A stretch of DNA of 64,000 nt from Lingula anatina (taxonomy: Eukaryota > Animalia > Brachiopoda), in the NCBI GenBank assembly GCA_051362555.1, contig CM120643.1:25486848-25550847 (forward strand). Direction: 5' to 3'. Below are positions 12,501 to 24,568 of the stretch, one piece after another (position 1 is the stretch's first letter; every line of letters starts with the position of its first letter). A model generated the notes under the pieces. It saw nothing but the letters and a program-made list of their open reading frames with translations. It made no database searches and was not told where the DNA came from. The translations under genes were made by a program, and so were the position numbers.

Positions 12501-15316
12501 TTACATTATATGCAAGAGTTACGTTCAATAAAACTTTCTGTCTAATTTAAACTTAGTGAAGGGAAGGGGTTTTGAAAGCATGTATTAAAAGATATTACTG
12601 AGTTTAGAAGTGTACAGGAAACTAAACATGTTTGAAAATGTCTGAAAAATTTAATTATTATTGCTTGTGGCCAATATTGTTTTTCATGTTAAAATCCTTT
12701 ATATATAGGGGCACTTTTTCTTTTAACAATTGGATATAAAAATATGTGTTTTCATATATTGTATTCAGGTCCAACATTTTTCTGTGTTTGCACTATTTGT
12801 TGAAAATTTAAACACCCTTCAAAGTTTCCCTATCCCCAGCTCTGTTTATTAAATTGTGTGTATTGACCTGTTTTATCTAGTTTCCATTTTTGTTATTTCA
12901 TTTATATATGTGTCACTGTTATTATTTATAATTTAATTTGTGTGTGTTTTTTAATTCCTGTTTTGTTATGCTGTGTGGTGTGTGATCAGTGTTTTTGCAG
13001 TAGGTATAAATTTATGTAAACACTGATGCTTTGTTATTTGTTGTATTTATTCATTGATAAAAAACAAACAATAGATTCAGGTGTATTATTCTTGATACTA
13101 TTTATTGATTGTACATGGCTTGCTAAAAAAAAGTTAAGAACATGTCTAATGAAGATAAATTTGTGCCTTTTGAAACCATTCTAAAAACATTTATTTATTA
13201 AAACGTGGGACATTTGTTGACAAAAATTGACCAAAACTGCTATGTTTTATTTTCTTATAAGCAAGTCCTTATCTACAAGTTTATTATGTTTAAGTAACTA
13301 CTGCTTATAATACAAGACTTTGGTGAGTGTGAAACCCACCATTCCAGTTATATATGTATATATTTAACCTCTATTTTAATCAGCAGAAATTTCCAGGGTT
13401 TCAAAAAAAAAAAAAGGTCTTTGGGATCTTGTGCCAGTTAGGAGGACCATTGTACATTTTCACCACCTTTTAAACAGAGTAACTGACATAACTTGCATCC
13501 AGAATTCACCATTTTGATTTTCAGTTCATGTGTAAGATGATCCTGAGATAAAACTGCATGTAAGTACATGTACGTTTAGTATAAGAAAAAACTTTTAAAA
13601 TGTCACAATATTTTCATAATTTTCCTTCTCCTCCCAGTGATGAAGACTTAGAGACAATGGTGGAAACGCCTGACCTAGTGGCCAACCACCTGGACAGAGA
13701 AAGTGAGTGTGTGCATGCCATTTTTTTTTCAATAAAGGCATACAATGTGAACCATGCAGTGTATATGGGAGAAAATAATTGACCAGTTCAAAGGCTACAT
13801 GCTATTAACTTTTGTTTCTCCTGAGACAATCAACAAAACGTGAATTGACCATTAGCAAAGCATGTGGAATATTGACCATCGTATTGCGTTTGAATTGGAT
13901 GCTGTCTGCAGATTTTTGAAAGTCACATCGTGATATTTTCCTTACTACAAGAGAAAGCAATTGATAAAATATATTCAATAAAATATTTTAAGTTCTTAAC
14001 CTTGATAAGAAAAGTTGTGAATGGAGTGTAGAGTACAAGCCAAAATAATTGTCTTTTGCAAGTAACTTAAGGTCATGAATCTGATAATAATATATATATT
14101 TAAAATAAATCAATTTTTATAGTAATATCATTCTGCCATATCAAATCTTTTTTTTATTTTCAGAATTTGGGCAATATGATTATCCTAGGCGATCTAGCAT
14201 GCCAACCAGCAACAGACCCCCACTCAGCCCTCTCCTCTCGCAAATGAGACGCCGCTTCAGCACTGCTCTGACTGGAAGGCGCGGGAGCAACGCTGCAGTC
14301 CCCACGACGCCACTGGGGCCATTACCAACAGCAGAACCTCCACCACTGCCCCCTACAGTCCATGACTTGCATAAGATTTTTATGAAAAATCCTGCTCAGA
14401 AAGTGAGTGGCAGTTTTATGTGTCACAAATCCTGTTGGAATCCCTTTATTTAATTTTTTCTGTTCAGGATAATTTTAAATAAGAGACTTCAGTCTGATGT
14501 AGTCATTCATGTTAATTTTTAACTATTGATGAATGAGTAATTTTGACATATTTATCCTTTGACCAGATCCACCAAAAAAGTAACAAAAACATGGTTCGTG
14601 TAGAAAGCTCCGATTTACTCCACCAACTACACAGCAAACAGCAAAGAGTTCAGCGCTGTAATCGAAGCATGAGCCTGGCTTTCGGAGGCGGCCTTGTCTC
14701 ACCAACCAGTGCTGACACCTCACCCAGAGACTCCCCAGCAACGCAGCACAGAAAGGCCATTGAGGCCATTAGGGGGCGTTACCGTGCTCGCTCGGGTACG
14801 ATGGGGAATATAGACTTGCCAAATGGAGGATTTAGGCGACCTTCCAATGACACATTGAACATGGACTCCCATGAAACTGGTACTCGCCATCGTTCCAGCA
14901 CTGTTCCAGAGAAGGAGCTCAGGAATGGTTTTTCACCAAGGAGGGGAGGAAGCCAGCATACAGCACGTCTTGCCATACCCAGTACTCTTCAGGAAGTGGA
15001 GGACGAGGAAGGGAGCAATTCAGTGGGTTCAAAAGAAGACTTGCATGTTAGATTTGCTGGAGAAAGGTCGCGCTCAAGGTCATCTTCACTGGACATTGAT
15101 GACCGGCGATCTAGGTCTAGGTCACGTTCTCTTGATCAGAATGGTTTTGCTGCAGGAGCAAAGGAATTTGAGACTATTGACATAGAAAAGACTGATCCAA
15201 AAGTAGATGAAAAGGAAAAAAGTAAAAAAGCTACTATTTTCTTTATAGATGATGAAAAACAGAATGATAAAGATGATGCTGGTAATGCTGATGAAGATGA
15301 AGACACAAGACTGTGA
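1017..15316 (+). CDS. Na+/H+ exchanger, SLC9A plasma-membrane clade (NHE1-5/nhx-9-like), 5'-partial multi-exon gene
   Basis: Exons joined in frame: 1017-1087 (DAVTVVLYN), 1655-1766, 1995-2076 (AYLSYLTAELFHFSGII), 2668-2763 (NISHKSYTTVKYF), 5069-5190, 5476-5552, 5878-6009 (AYGGLRGAVCFSL), 6473-6562 (GITIKPLV), 6906-6971 (DHVLAGIEEIVG, CHP-binding region), 7130-7236, 7911-7979, 8744-8821, [9997-10044, 10584-10631, 11723-11860 probable cassettes], 13638-13702, 14164-14402, 14567-15316 (TGA). All donors are GT except the GC at 8822. The motifs are hallmarks of the NHE family. Upstream exons lie outside the window. Confidence 0.95.
2986..3163. mobile_element. MITE family A copy (15-bp perfect TIR CAGGCCCGTGGCCAG)
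   Basis: TIRs at both ends, flanks acatg/acatc, near-identical in reverse orientation to 30170-30337. Confidence 0.9.
7396..7544. mobile_element. ~150-bp MITE with ~30-bp TIR in an NHE intron
   Basis: GGGCCCCGTATCTCGAAAGCATCGCGCATTGC ... GCAATACACGATGCTTTCGAGATACAGGGCCC. Confidence 0.8.
9498..9534. repeat. (TG)n microsatellite
   Basis: Direct reading. Confidence 0.95.
9772..9946. mobile_element. Fold-back MITE family C (long TIRs)
   Basis: cagaacagtggact...tcaaatatggctgacccact pairs with agtgggtcaccatatttga...agtccactgttctg. Related to 19129-19333. Confidence 0.8.
9997..10044 (+). CDS. Probable 48-nt cassette exon of the NHE tail (R-RASMMPGSVDMSCFR)
   Basis: Acceptor ttggtttgatttacag, donor aag|gtaatt, phase 2-2, open frame. 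It creates LRRAS across the upstream junction. Confidence 0.7.
10101..10324. mobile_element. MITE family B (PIF/Harbinger-like), TAA flanks, reverse orientation
   Basis: Reverse complement of 19597-19810. TIR core ATTCCCA/TGGGAAT, TAA on both sides. Confidence 0.85.
10584..10631 (+). CDS. Probable 48-nt cassette exon of the NHE tail (R-RSTLHPPFDDHLSSD)
   Basis: Acceptor atttgccttccag, donor cag|gtactg, phase 2-2, open frame. Confidence 0.65.
11723..11860 (+). CDS. Probable 138-nt cassette exon of the NHE tail (DEVDFPLRSSSFPLKRSGGSIYR...PRLSSE)
   Basis: Acceptor ttttccgttccag, donor gag|gtgaaa, phase 2-2, 46 open codons, Ser/Arg/Pro-rich and GC-richer than the surrounding intron. Confidence 0.65.
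14567..15316 (+). CDS. Terminal coding exon of the NHE gene: disordered Ser/Arg-rich tail ending EDEDTRL
   Basis: Acceptor tttatcctttgaccag at 14566, long open frame (ORF 14543-15316), stop TGA followed by TAA. Confidence 0.9.
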   Translation: MHQKSNKNMVRVESSDLLHQLHSKQQRVQRCNRSMSLAFGGGLVSPTSADTSPRDSPATQHRKAIEAIRGRYRARSGTMGNIDLPNGGFRRPSNDTLNMDSHETGTRHRSSTVPEKELRNGFSPRRGGSQHTARLAIPSTLQEVEDEEGSNSVGSKEDLHVRFAGERSRSRSSSLDIDDRRSRSRSRSLDQNGFAAGAKEFETIDIEKTDPKVDEKEKSKKATIFFIDDEKQNDKDDAGNADEDEDTRL

Positions 15317-15894
15317 TAATCTTATTTCTTTGGAATTGTTATTTTCTAAGCTATTATAAAAGAATTGTTTGCCATGATTTAAGGACAAAAAATATTTTTC
15401 CTGTTTATTTTGTATTTTAAGTGTGTTTCTTTAGGTGGATATATCGTAAGATATGAAAAAGTTTGATACTATACAAGCAAAAATGCTCTCCAACTGATCA
15501 AATTAGAAGTTGGGTTGAATTCTTCATTGTGTAGTTTTTTCTCCTATACCAATGAATGTCTTATGAATTCCAAGGGAACAGTCCAAAAATCTTGTCCTTA
15601 TCCATGCAATGCTAGATTTTCTGTTATAACATGTGACAAGTGGGTGCAGGCTTCAAAACTCAAATTGAGCATTAAATTTAGTTGAGGAGTGTGTTAGTGT
15701 GATGGAAAAATGGTGCATAATAAAAAGACTGAAATCCAGACGGGCTACAAAATTGTGATTGGCAAAATGTGCATAATAGAAATACAGAAATAGGATTATT
15801 ATGCTGCTGTAGTCCTACATTTTTGTTTAATATTCAACTTTTGCCAACCATTATATGATGCACACATTTGTTATTGTTTGAATTGTTACTACTC

Positions 15895-15900
15895 AATAAA
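15895..15900 (+). terminator. Candidate polyadenylation signal of the NHE gene
   Basis: AATAAA about 580 nt after the stop codon. Other sites may be used. Confidence 0.35.
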
Positions 15901-16914
15901 TGATATTGTATTCAGATAGAAGGTTAAGGGGAAAATATCTTATCAGATCAAAACAAGTATAAGGGTTGATTAGCCTTATGTTAGTGAACTATGCCATATT
16001 CAGAAGATTCAAGTGTAATTATTGATTAGTTATTTCAAATGTTGAAATTTAAGATTATGATAAGACTCAAAAAAATTCACTCTTGAAGTGTGGTTACTTA
16101 CACTGTTTCAAATTAATGAAAAAAGAGGCTTTTATTGGGCATCATTGGTATCAAAAATACATATACTGTTTTTTTTATCATTTTCTCAATTTTTTCTACA
16201 TTATTTACTACCCGGTATTCCATAGTAAGTTTCATGCTAAAAATGTCCAACACTTGTGTATTAATTTGTTGTGCTTTTGCATCTATACAGTATTATGTTC
16301 TTGTTATTTCTTTGTAATATGTATTTTCAGAATTCAAGAGCAAAAAAGAATTACCTTGAGTGTCCTAAGTCTGTGTTAGCACGCTAATAATGGTGTGCTT
16401 TTGCCATTTCCAGCATACACGTAATACATCAGAAACACAAGAAGCATGCTGATAATCGTGGAGAGTCCCTAGAGACCTATGAAACCAAGAGTGGGACAAA
16501 TATATTAGACATTATTTATTCTGCATTTAGTTGTTATTAAATTATCAAATTTCTTATGAATAGCTATATTAATGTACTAGTACACAGCTACAACGGAAAT
16601 GTGATATTTTAACTAATTTATTGATGAAACAAATGTAAACTAATTACCCTCCCCCACTTTAGACAAAGGCCATACCTACCCCCCTCCCCCAAACAAAACG
16701 AAAAAAGAGAAAATTAAAGAACTCACCTCAAGTCGTTGACTGTTCGCCATATCAGTGACACACACTGTACACTTACATTGACAGGTAAACCAATATGGTG
16801 TTTCTGCCCCCCGCAATATCTCTCTACTGATATGTATGTTGGAATCTGCTGCACTAGATTATGTATAATATGTAAACCTCTTCTTATTCTCACTTCACGT
16901 GCATGTATCTGTCA

Positions 16915-17083
16915 AACTGGTGGACCCAGGAATTTAAGAAGGATGAATGAAATGTACGCAAATTTAGGCATTTTTGGTGTGTCAGTTGGTCTCAGTGTGT
17001 ATTTTTACTCTTATTTTGAGAAAAGGCAAATGAGTTTGGGAGTATTCCCCAAAACGAAAATGAGCATCCTGGATCTGCCCCTG
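16915..17083. mobile_element. Degenerate MITE related to 49363-49655
   Basis: Right end cctggatctgcccctg, decayed left end aactggtggacccaggaatttaagaagg, flanks tgtca/tttca. Confidence 0.5.
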
Positions 17084-17223
17084 TTTCACGTACTTACTCT
17101 GAATCTGTAACTGTTCACGTATCACCTTTTGTATAACATAATATATTTGCATATATAATGCTATGCATAAATAAACTTGGAAAAATTGCGTCATTGTTGA
17201 ATATTTTAAAAAATCCCCCTTAA

Positions 17224-17490
17224 AGGGATAATAACTCTTCGTTTTGACCAAAAAATGAATTTTCCTGGAGTAAACAACAATTTTCCCATACTTACCAATG
17301 GTTGATGAATCCATTTTTACATTCAAAGTTAGTCCCTGTTTTTTTTTTTTCTAAAAAGTTTGGTTTTTTGTTTAAATCTCTTAAGTGGTCTGAAGGCGAG
17401 CTTAGATATCAGAATATAGTATAGTTCTATGAGATGTTCACAATGTTTTTATTGTGAAATATAGATCTCATACAAAGAGTTATTATCCCT
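17224..17490. mobile_element. Non-autonomous Kolobok-like DNA transposon
   Basis: Perfect 16-bp TIR AGGGATAATAACTCTT, TTAA on both flanks, RR...YY ends typical of Kolobok. Confidence 0.85.
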
Positions 17491-18098
17491 TTAAGGAAAT
17501 GGACTTTTAATGTGTTACATAGAGTATTGTACTACGTTTAAACTGTTGAAACGTGTCAACGAGGACGTAAAGTATTCACTAGATGAATTGCTTGGTGCAT
17601 TAATTCATTTACACGCCATGGAGTGATGTGCAGGTATCATGATACGCTCATTGGGGACATCGCGCGTGCCTCCTGTAGAACCATCTCACAAAACTCCTCC
17701 ATTTTTCTGCACTAAGAATCTGTCCACTTTACCTGGCAAATATCATATCTGATTTACTTTTAATTTCTCGATCAAAGATTTCTTAATTGCTTCATATTAC
17801 AGCAGGCCACAACTGTGCTTTAATTCATAAATAATTGAGTTAGACATAAAGGGAAAGTCGTGATCAAGCTACATTTTAGAAGTCAGTGATTCTACCAATA
17901 TGCCTTAAATGATACTGAAGATGTGTTTACTCGAGCTATTAATATGCATTACTTGCTTTGAAGTTTACTGTCTAAAACGTCCAAATTGGATCATTTGTTT
18001 GAGTAAACATTATATATTAGATCGTGCAGGGAGTCGCTGGTAGAGAGATGTGTTGCCAGAGGTTTGGAAATCTTCATATCAAGGGTAAAGCAAACGCA

Positions 18099-18290
18099 AA
18101 CTAGCAAAGCAACCAGAGAGGGGAGACCTCCCCTAACACAATACAATAATGTTCAGCCATTAATTAATCAATGGACTATCTCCAAAATCCAATCACCTTT
18201 AAGTTGGCCCCTTTCTGACCTATTCTGAAAATTTCATCAAAGTTCATCCTTTTGTTTTAAATCAGAATGTCAAACGAACATTTAAAACGG
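18099..18290 (+). mobile_element. Possible Helentron/HINE-type remnant
   Basis: Starts aactagcaaagcaaccagagaggggagacctcccc (short palindrome) and contains aaaatttcatcaaa. This resembles non-autonomous Helentron derivatives from memory only. Confidence 0.35.
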
Positions 18291-18948
18291 TAAAGCAAGG
18301 CATCAGTTATTAAAAAAGAGCTCAGTTTCCAGGTTGCAGTAAATGAGTTCATCAGTAGCAGATTGTTCTTGATCGCTAAATGGCGTGCTACCATTCATCA
18401 AGAATGATTTAAAATAAAGGGGGCAGAAAAGAGAAATTTTACCCTTGACACTGTTTTTCCTTTTATGACTCAAAATACCTGTCAACAATCAAAGATTAAA
18501 GTAATGGGTGGAGAAATGAGTCGGCAGCATTTTATACTTGCTTTAAGCTCTAACAGTATACCGATGTCACATGTGACATGTAGATCCATAGAAATATTGC
18601 TACACTTATGAAATCTTTAGCATTATGTCATCTCGTTATACGTGTGTTGATGATGCATTAGCATGGTCTGCCATCGACCGTCTGCTGTACGCGATAATGA
18701 GACAGACTTAACGTTCTTTTTTATGGATAAGTTTATGAATTGATGGATATACCAGTAGTATTTATCCAAATCAAGCAAATCTTCTATTTAAGCTGATTAT
18801 TAATGAGACCTAGACAAGAAGACAAACAATATATAGTTTTACGACGTCTTGTCTACTGGTGAATTGGCGTCAAATTCAGTGTATTTCCATATTCAGTAGG
18901 GCCTACAGGGTACACTTTGTTTATCGTTATTTTCATCATCATCATCAC

Positions 18949-19003
<55 letters not shown>
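18949..19003. repeat. (ATT)n microsatellite
   Basis: Direct reading. Confidence 0.95.
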
Positions 19004-19005
<2 letters not shown>

Positions 19006-19128
19006 TTTAGCATATTTTCATTACCATGATTTCATTTTTTCTAGAATTCATATCAGATTGTTTTTGGTTACTGTCATTAAGGTACCCAGTAAATGTACCT
19101 TCAGAGAATTTCACATAAATGCCATCTG

Positions 19129-19333
19129 GGCCCATTCAGAACAAGCTGTTCCATGAACTAACAGATCCGCGGATCAGATATAGCCGACCCACTTGAAAGC
19201 TTGACACATTTGCACCTCATAGACACGGTATAGATTGCACAGGGGGATTAGACGACAAGCTTTCAGGTGGGTTGGCCATAGTTGATACGCAGATTTGTTA
19301 GTTTGCGGCTCAATTTTGGCTGTGAATTCTGCC
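19129..19333. mobile_element. Fold-back MITE family C, second copy
   Basis: aactaacagatccgcggatcagatatagccgacccacttgaaagcttg pairs with caagctttcaggtgggttggccatagttgatacgcagatttgttagtt. Confidence 0.7.
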
Positions 19334-19596
19334 TTTCATAGTTTTGCCCATTCCCAGGCCAGCGTGCCTCTCACTTTTCACTGTCATTACTTTTGTAGCG
19401 TGGTTAAATGAGCCGGAAATGTCTGTTTTGCTTATGAAAATCTGTTTGATATCAGAGAATGCAGTTGCTGTAGTTTCCGATTTTTTCTACCTGTTCCCTA
19501 GTTATTTGGCTAATTAGAAAATGGACAGCACTACAATTAGAAAACATAATATAAATAAGACGGTCGATGAAACTAGAATATAGTGTGTTCAACTTA

Positions 19597-19810
19597 GACC
19601 CCATTTCCATAGATTTTAGATCGATCTATCCCTGTGGGGAGCCTCACTAGATTACTGTCAGATAATCCGGCTTAACTGTCCGTCCCGCCTACTACAAGCT
19701 GTAAGGGGGTAATTAAGTTTCGTTCCCGCTCGGCTGACAGCTATCTAGCGTGAACCCCCAGGGAGTTAGGTCGATCTAGTTGGATCGATCTTATCTCTGG
19801 GAATGGGGTC
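19597..19810. mobile_element. MITE family B (PIF/Harbinger-like)
   Basis: TIR GACCCCATTTCCATAGA...TAGATCGATC / GATCGATCTTATCTCTGGGAATGGGGTC, flanks TTA/TAA. Confidence 0.88.
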
Positions 19811-20804
19811 TAACATACAGGTTACACTTGTTGCATTTATCAGAAATAAATAGGCAAATACACAAGGCCGGGTGTTTTTTGCCAACATAAAATAGTGTAC
19901 TTACCTGTTAAGGGTACTGTAAGGGTTAATTATCATCCAAATATCGAAAATGTGTTTTTTCCTGTATCTAGTTATTCCCTAATGCATCTAGCTTTGAACC
20001 TTAAAAGAATAAAGTCCCCTTGAAATATATAAATTATCGGCGTTTATATTTCTAGTTGCTACATAAGCATAGGCTAACAAAAGCTTTCATCGCCAATTAA
20101 ACACCTTCTATTTGAAATAGCAAACGGTATGGGGTGTAACTTCATCCCTGAACAAAATTTTATCACGAAAATTGGCAGAGTTGACCATAGGTTTATGGGC
20201 ATTAATCTCGTGCTGTCATTTTGGTTTAAATGTTTTTGTTATGGAGTTATGAGCCCCTAATTACAGATTTTCATTAAATAAAGGCATTATTTAGCTTTGT
20301 CAACGATAAAATCTGAACTAAGTTTTTTATAACCCTGAATTTTGTACCTTTTTTGGTGCCAAATACTACAAATCAATCACCAAAAATTCATATAGCACCT
20401 TTTTTGTGTATCCATCTTATGGTGATTAGGGACACGCTAGACATGTTCGTAGACAGGAGACTTGTCATTGGGATAAACCTGGCGAGACAGCAGGTGGTCC
20501 GATAATACCATTTCAAATCTCACGGGACTTAAACAGTTTGCACACAAGGCTCATCTTCTGTTGTCTTCTTGGCCTTGATACCGATTGCAATGCAACACTA
20601 CAGGCCTGCGAGAGGGGTCGAGAAGTAATTATTTGTTTAGTAAGCTCTAAAAGTGATGATGTCCCACTAAGCGGTAGACTCTATGATCGGTTAATAGAAT
20701 AAATGAAAAACTGATTCCAGGCATTAAAGTCCCATCAGTGTGAAGGGATCATGTTCGAATTTTAAGAAGCACATTATGGGTGTGTTCACAATGGAACTAT
20801 CATG

Positions 20805-20806
<2 letters not shown>

Positions 20807-20884
<78 letters not shown>
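20807..20884. repeat. (TA)n microsatellite
   Basis: Direct reading. Confidence 0.95.
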
Positions 20885-20887
<3 letters not shown>

Positions 20888-21083
20888 GCTAACCCCGCGG
20901 AGACTCTCGCTCAATTAGATGAAAAATTGAAATCAGATTAACACACCTCTTTCTGGCGTTGAGTGAAATACAGAAAAGTCGATCATTTTATATTTTTACG
21001 AGTACATTGAAAACAAGAGGGGGAGTGTTAATCTGTAAATTTGATTGCATTCTCCGAGAGTCCCCGCGCTGTTAGTTCGAACT
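20884..21083. mobile_element. Fold-back element next to a (TA)n tract
   Basis: Nested inverted arms ctaac-ccgcggagactctcg / cgagagtccccgcg-tgttag and cagattaacac-cctctt / aagagggggagtgttaatctg. Confidence 0.65.
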
Positions 21084-21893
21084 ACAGGCACCTAGCACGA
21101 TATTTTAATACTGAAAGCACCCTTATAAAACCAGACTAGTCCGATGGCCGTGAGCCTGCACGTGCATGTATGTGTCTTACCAAAATCTGTACATCTGAGA
21201 TATGTCTTTCACTTATAACTGCTCTGGGAAATTAACCTCGTTCGTGATTATTTTCAAAATGTACACCCGTAAATTATTTGACGTTCAAAAAGAAATATGA
21301 TGACTTGAGGGTATAACAATTTTCCAGTGTGGAACTGGCTTTATGCACAACCGTGTATATGCATTGCGAGCGTTGCACTTAACCATTCCGATGCCACCCA
21401 ACAGTTTCTTGATTATATTTATGTTATTTAGATATATGTTTTTAGATAAACATTTCTAAACAAACTAAAAATCTAAAGCCTTTCTCTCTTTTTTATCACC
21501 AGACGTACCCGGTTCCTATCTTGGCTTACTCACCTATTTTGGCATGACACTTATTAAGTACTTTCGTGTCGGTGAAAATAATTTTCAAACTCTTGCAGCG
21601 ATCTTAAAGGTTCCAAGGTACGGTCATTATATAAATGCTTATAATTCTTGGGAAAAAGTAAAGAAAGAACTTTATTTTGAACAAAAACTGGTTCTTGACA
21701 AACACAAATAATAGTCTGAAGTATGCTTTCGAGAATAAATTACTGCGAAATATTCAAGTTCTTATACAAATGTGACAGCTATTAATTTTTTCCCCAAAAC
21801 ATAAAACACTATCTACAAATAAAAGTTCATTTCATTCATGTCATCATATCATAAGTTGCTCACTTTTCAGGGACGAAAGCATTATCAAGATGC

Positions 21894-22679
21894 CTATGGG
21901 ACTGGTTCTATGGTGTAGACATTACTCTCTACCTTTGCTCTGTTTCTACCGCGTCTATTTTGTAATCCACGTGGTTGTTCTCTACTCCCGCCAACAGCTG
22001 TTTGTGGAGCATGCGCTTTGCGTTTGTAGCAGAAGTAGTAGAAGCATGTGGCTCCCACAACAGTAACCACGGTAAGCAAGCTACCCCCTACCAATAAAGC
22101 TAACTTCGAGATGTCTTTTTTGACCCCTGTTCCGGACTCTTCCGAGTAACCATCGGTCCTTTCGTTGCAATCGACGCTTGTAAAAATCCAAATGTTTCTG
22201 GGAGGAATTTTCTCGCATATTCCTACATTTTCTCTAGCCTGTTCCAATGTCATATGCCCCAAGACTCTAAGGGCACACCCGCAATTCACGTGATCACCGG
22301 GACCAATGTATAAGTATAAGCCCTTTGTGCCCTCTGAAAGCGCTGACATAATGCAATTAGCCAACGACATTCGTATGTTGCGTGAAGTATCGACTAGGGT
22401 CTTCTGTATCAAAGATTTAACAGGCCCCAACTGTTTTACAGGTGGGTATGTAGTGGTGCTTAAGCCACGGATCTTGTTTCGACTCAAACTTAACGAGTGT
22501 AAACTTGAAAGACTCCTCAGTGCAAGACTACCGTTGATGTACACCCAAGGACACTGGCATGGGGACCACGCTGGACAGTGTCCTGATTCACCCGCGGCCA
22601 CCATTGTTGGCAGGACGAGCGATAATAGCAGATGAAGTATCTGGACAAAGTGCACGTTGGCGACCACCCCTAGGCACAT
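21894..22679 (-). CDS. Small type-I transmembrane leucine-rich-repeat protein (261 aa)
   Basis: ATG at 22679 lies just after a tttttttcag acceptor (exon start 22695). The first 83 aa of the listed 344-aa ORF are AT-rich and intron-like. Protein: signal peptide (ILHLLLSLVLPTMVAA), LRRNT CPAWSPCQC, LRR LSSLHSLSLSRNKIRGL, degenerate LRR(s), LRRCT-like NCGCAL...C...P...C, TM LALLVGGSLLTVVTVVGATCFYYF, basic stop-transfer KRK, short tail with Tyr. AATAAA on the - strand at 21671-21676. Probable non-coding upstream exon with donor AG|GTTTGTGTC at 22930. Confidence 0.75.
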   Translation of the reverse strand: MCLGVVANVHFVQILHLLLSLVLPTMVAAGESGHCPAWSPCQCPWVYINGSLALRSLSSLHSLSLSRNKIRGLSTTTYPPVKQLGPVKSLIQKTLVDTSRNIRMSLANCIMSALSEGTKGLYLYIGPGDHVNCGCALRVLGHMTLEQARENVGICEKIPPRNIWIFTSVDCNERTDGYSEESGTGVKKDISKLALLVGGSLLTVVTVVGATCFYYFCYKRKAHAPQTAVGGSREQPRGLQNRRGRNRAKVESNVYTIEPVP

Positions 22680-24568
22680 CCTTGGTGGCGTCCGTCTGAA
22701 AAAAACTTTAAATGTTATATCTTTGGAAATAATATTTTTCCAATTTTTTAAATGCAATCTATTATGTTTCAAGTTAAAATGAAAATAATGCGATGTTGTG
22801 TGTGTAATTAGAATGTCAATAAGCATATTGATGCATTTCAAAATACCCATGCATGCCATGAGCAAAATACTTACGGCTTCTATAAGGATAAAAATGAACG
22901 ATGAAATCGTAATAGGAACAAGACACAAACCTAATATCCCAATGATTCTGCTCGATGTTTGAGAAAAAGTACTGGATGGAAGATGCGCTTCTCGCAGCTC
23001 TTTTGGTTCCTTTGAAACTGAGTCTTAGGAAATGTTTGCCAACCTGTTGTATATGCGATGCTTTGATTTATATGCACGACTCGATCTTTTTCAGAACAGA
23101 GGAGGGGCTGATGCACATAGCACGTAGGCAAGAAATCTATTCGCTTTATCACTAATTGCATCCAACTATTGCAATCAAGGTTACGTATGTCAAACTATGG
23201 TGCATTGCGAAAACATTTTGTATGCGATGCCGGAACAGGGTTGGTACAGGAACGGGTCAGAACCTATCTAAACCGGATTAGATCCGACCCGTGTGAGTCC
23301 CCATTGTGTCTCCTATGCATTACTGGGGTCACAGCGGCAGGTGCGAGCGTGCATTAGTCTGATCAATGTTTTAGACTCGGAACAAAGGGAAAACAAAAGC
23401 GCCCTTTTGATTTTTGATAGCGACACCAAAAACCTGTTCTCTTATTAAATGGTATCCATTTTCTCAATGTTATATCTTACACGAAGGTAATCATGAAAAT
23501 CACCAAATCAGCTCTTCGATTTTTTTTACGATTCATGCTTTTTAATTTCCCTAGTGTTATACACTATTATGTAAAACTATGCATTGATAGCAGTAGATGA
23601 AATGGAAACCCATGAGCATTTTTATCTCAATAGTATATCGACGCCAGAACCCTCCTACATGTATACATCAGTTAAGGTAATGATTCGCTATCTGGTCATG
23701 GGTCCATTAAAATTTCAAGCCATTATGACCTAAAACACCTTTTTTATTTTAAGTCCTCTAGTCTAATTATTTACGGTACTTAGATCGATGTTACTGAGAA
23801 CCAATTGAGCACTTTTCCCTGAAAACGAAGTGTTTTGGGTTCTCCCTTAAGAGAAAAATGTGAAGTCAACTCAGTAGAACTAATCACCATCAAATTGGTT
23901 CTCGTGCTGTCCGACAAATACCAACGTATCACGGGGCGATTAATTTTTCCAAAGATGATGTGCAGTATTGTCTTACAAATTTAATAATCATCCTTGATTT
24001 AACAGGATGTTTGTTTAGCACTAAATTATGCAACCCTTGCAATGGATTAAAAAATTGTTAAAGTCAGAAGACGCACGTGATCATTTCATGCAATTATTGC
24101 ATTTGCAGTAAGTTGAAACGCGATCATGTACTCAATTATATCGAGTGCGTGTTGTCTCGGTTTGGGATATTATGACACCAACCAGAAAGCGAGACCTTCA
24201 TTAACTACTAGCTTATTGCCAACTGGTAATTTAAAGAAGTCCAACTTGTGATTCAAAATTAAATTGGTTTGTTATTTAAGGTTTATTTGATCCTAATAAT
24301 AATTGATGTGTACAAAAACATCGAACATTGAAATTAAGCACGAAGGCTCTTATTCTTGTCAAATATCAAATAACAAATAACTGTGATATGATTTACCAGC
24401 ATTTGTGAATTATCTGAGAGACATTTAAAAATAAACAGCTTTTGAATGGATAGAATTCATTTTTCATTTTTTTTTCTTTATTTTATCTATTCATAATTGT
24501 CAGTTTTCTGTTTTCCACTCATTACAAGCATATGTTTTCTACTTGTAACACGTTTTTAGGACCAACCA

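Noticed and set aside
21322-21398. tRNA-like A/B-box pattern on the - strand (a similar one near 9556-9626)
   Set aside because: No cloverleaf can be built. At best these are decayed SINE heads.
22680-22928. N-terminal 83 aa of the 344-aa ORF
   Set aside because: AT-rich and mostly bounded by a donor at 22930 and an acceptor at 22696, so it reads as an intron that happens to be open. The signal peptide starts at Met 22679.
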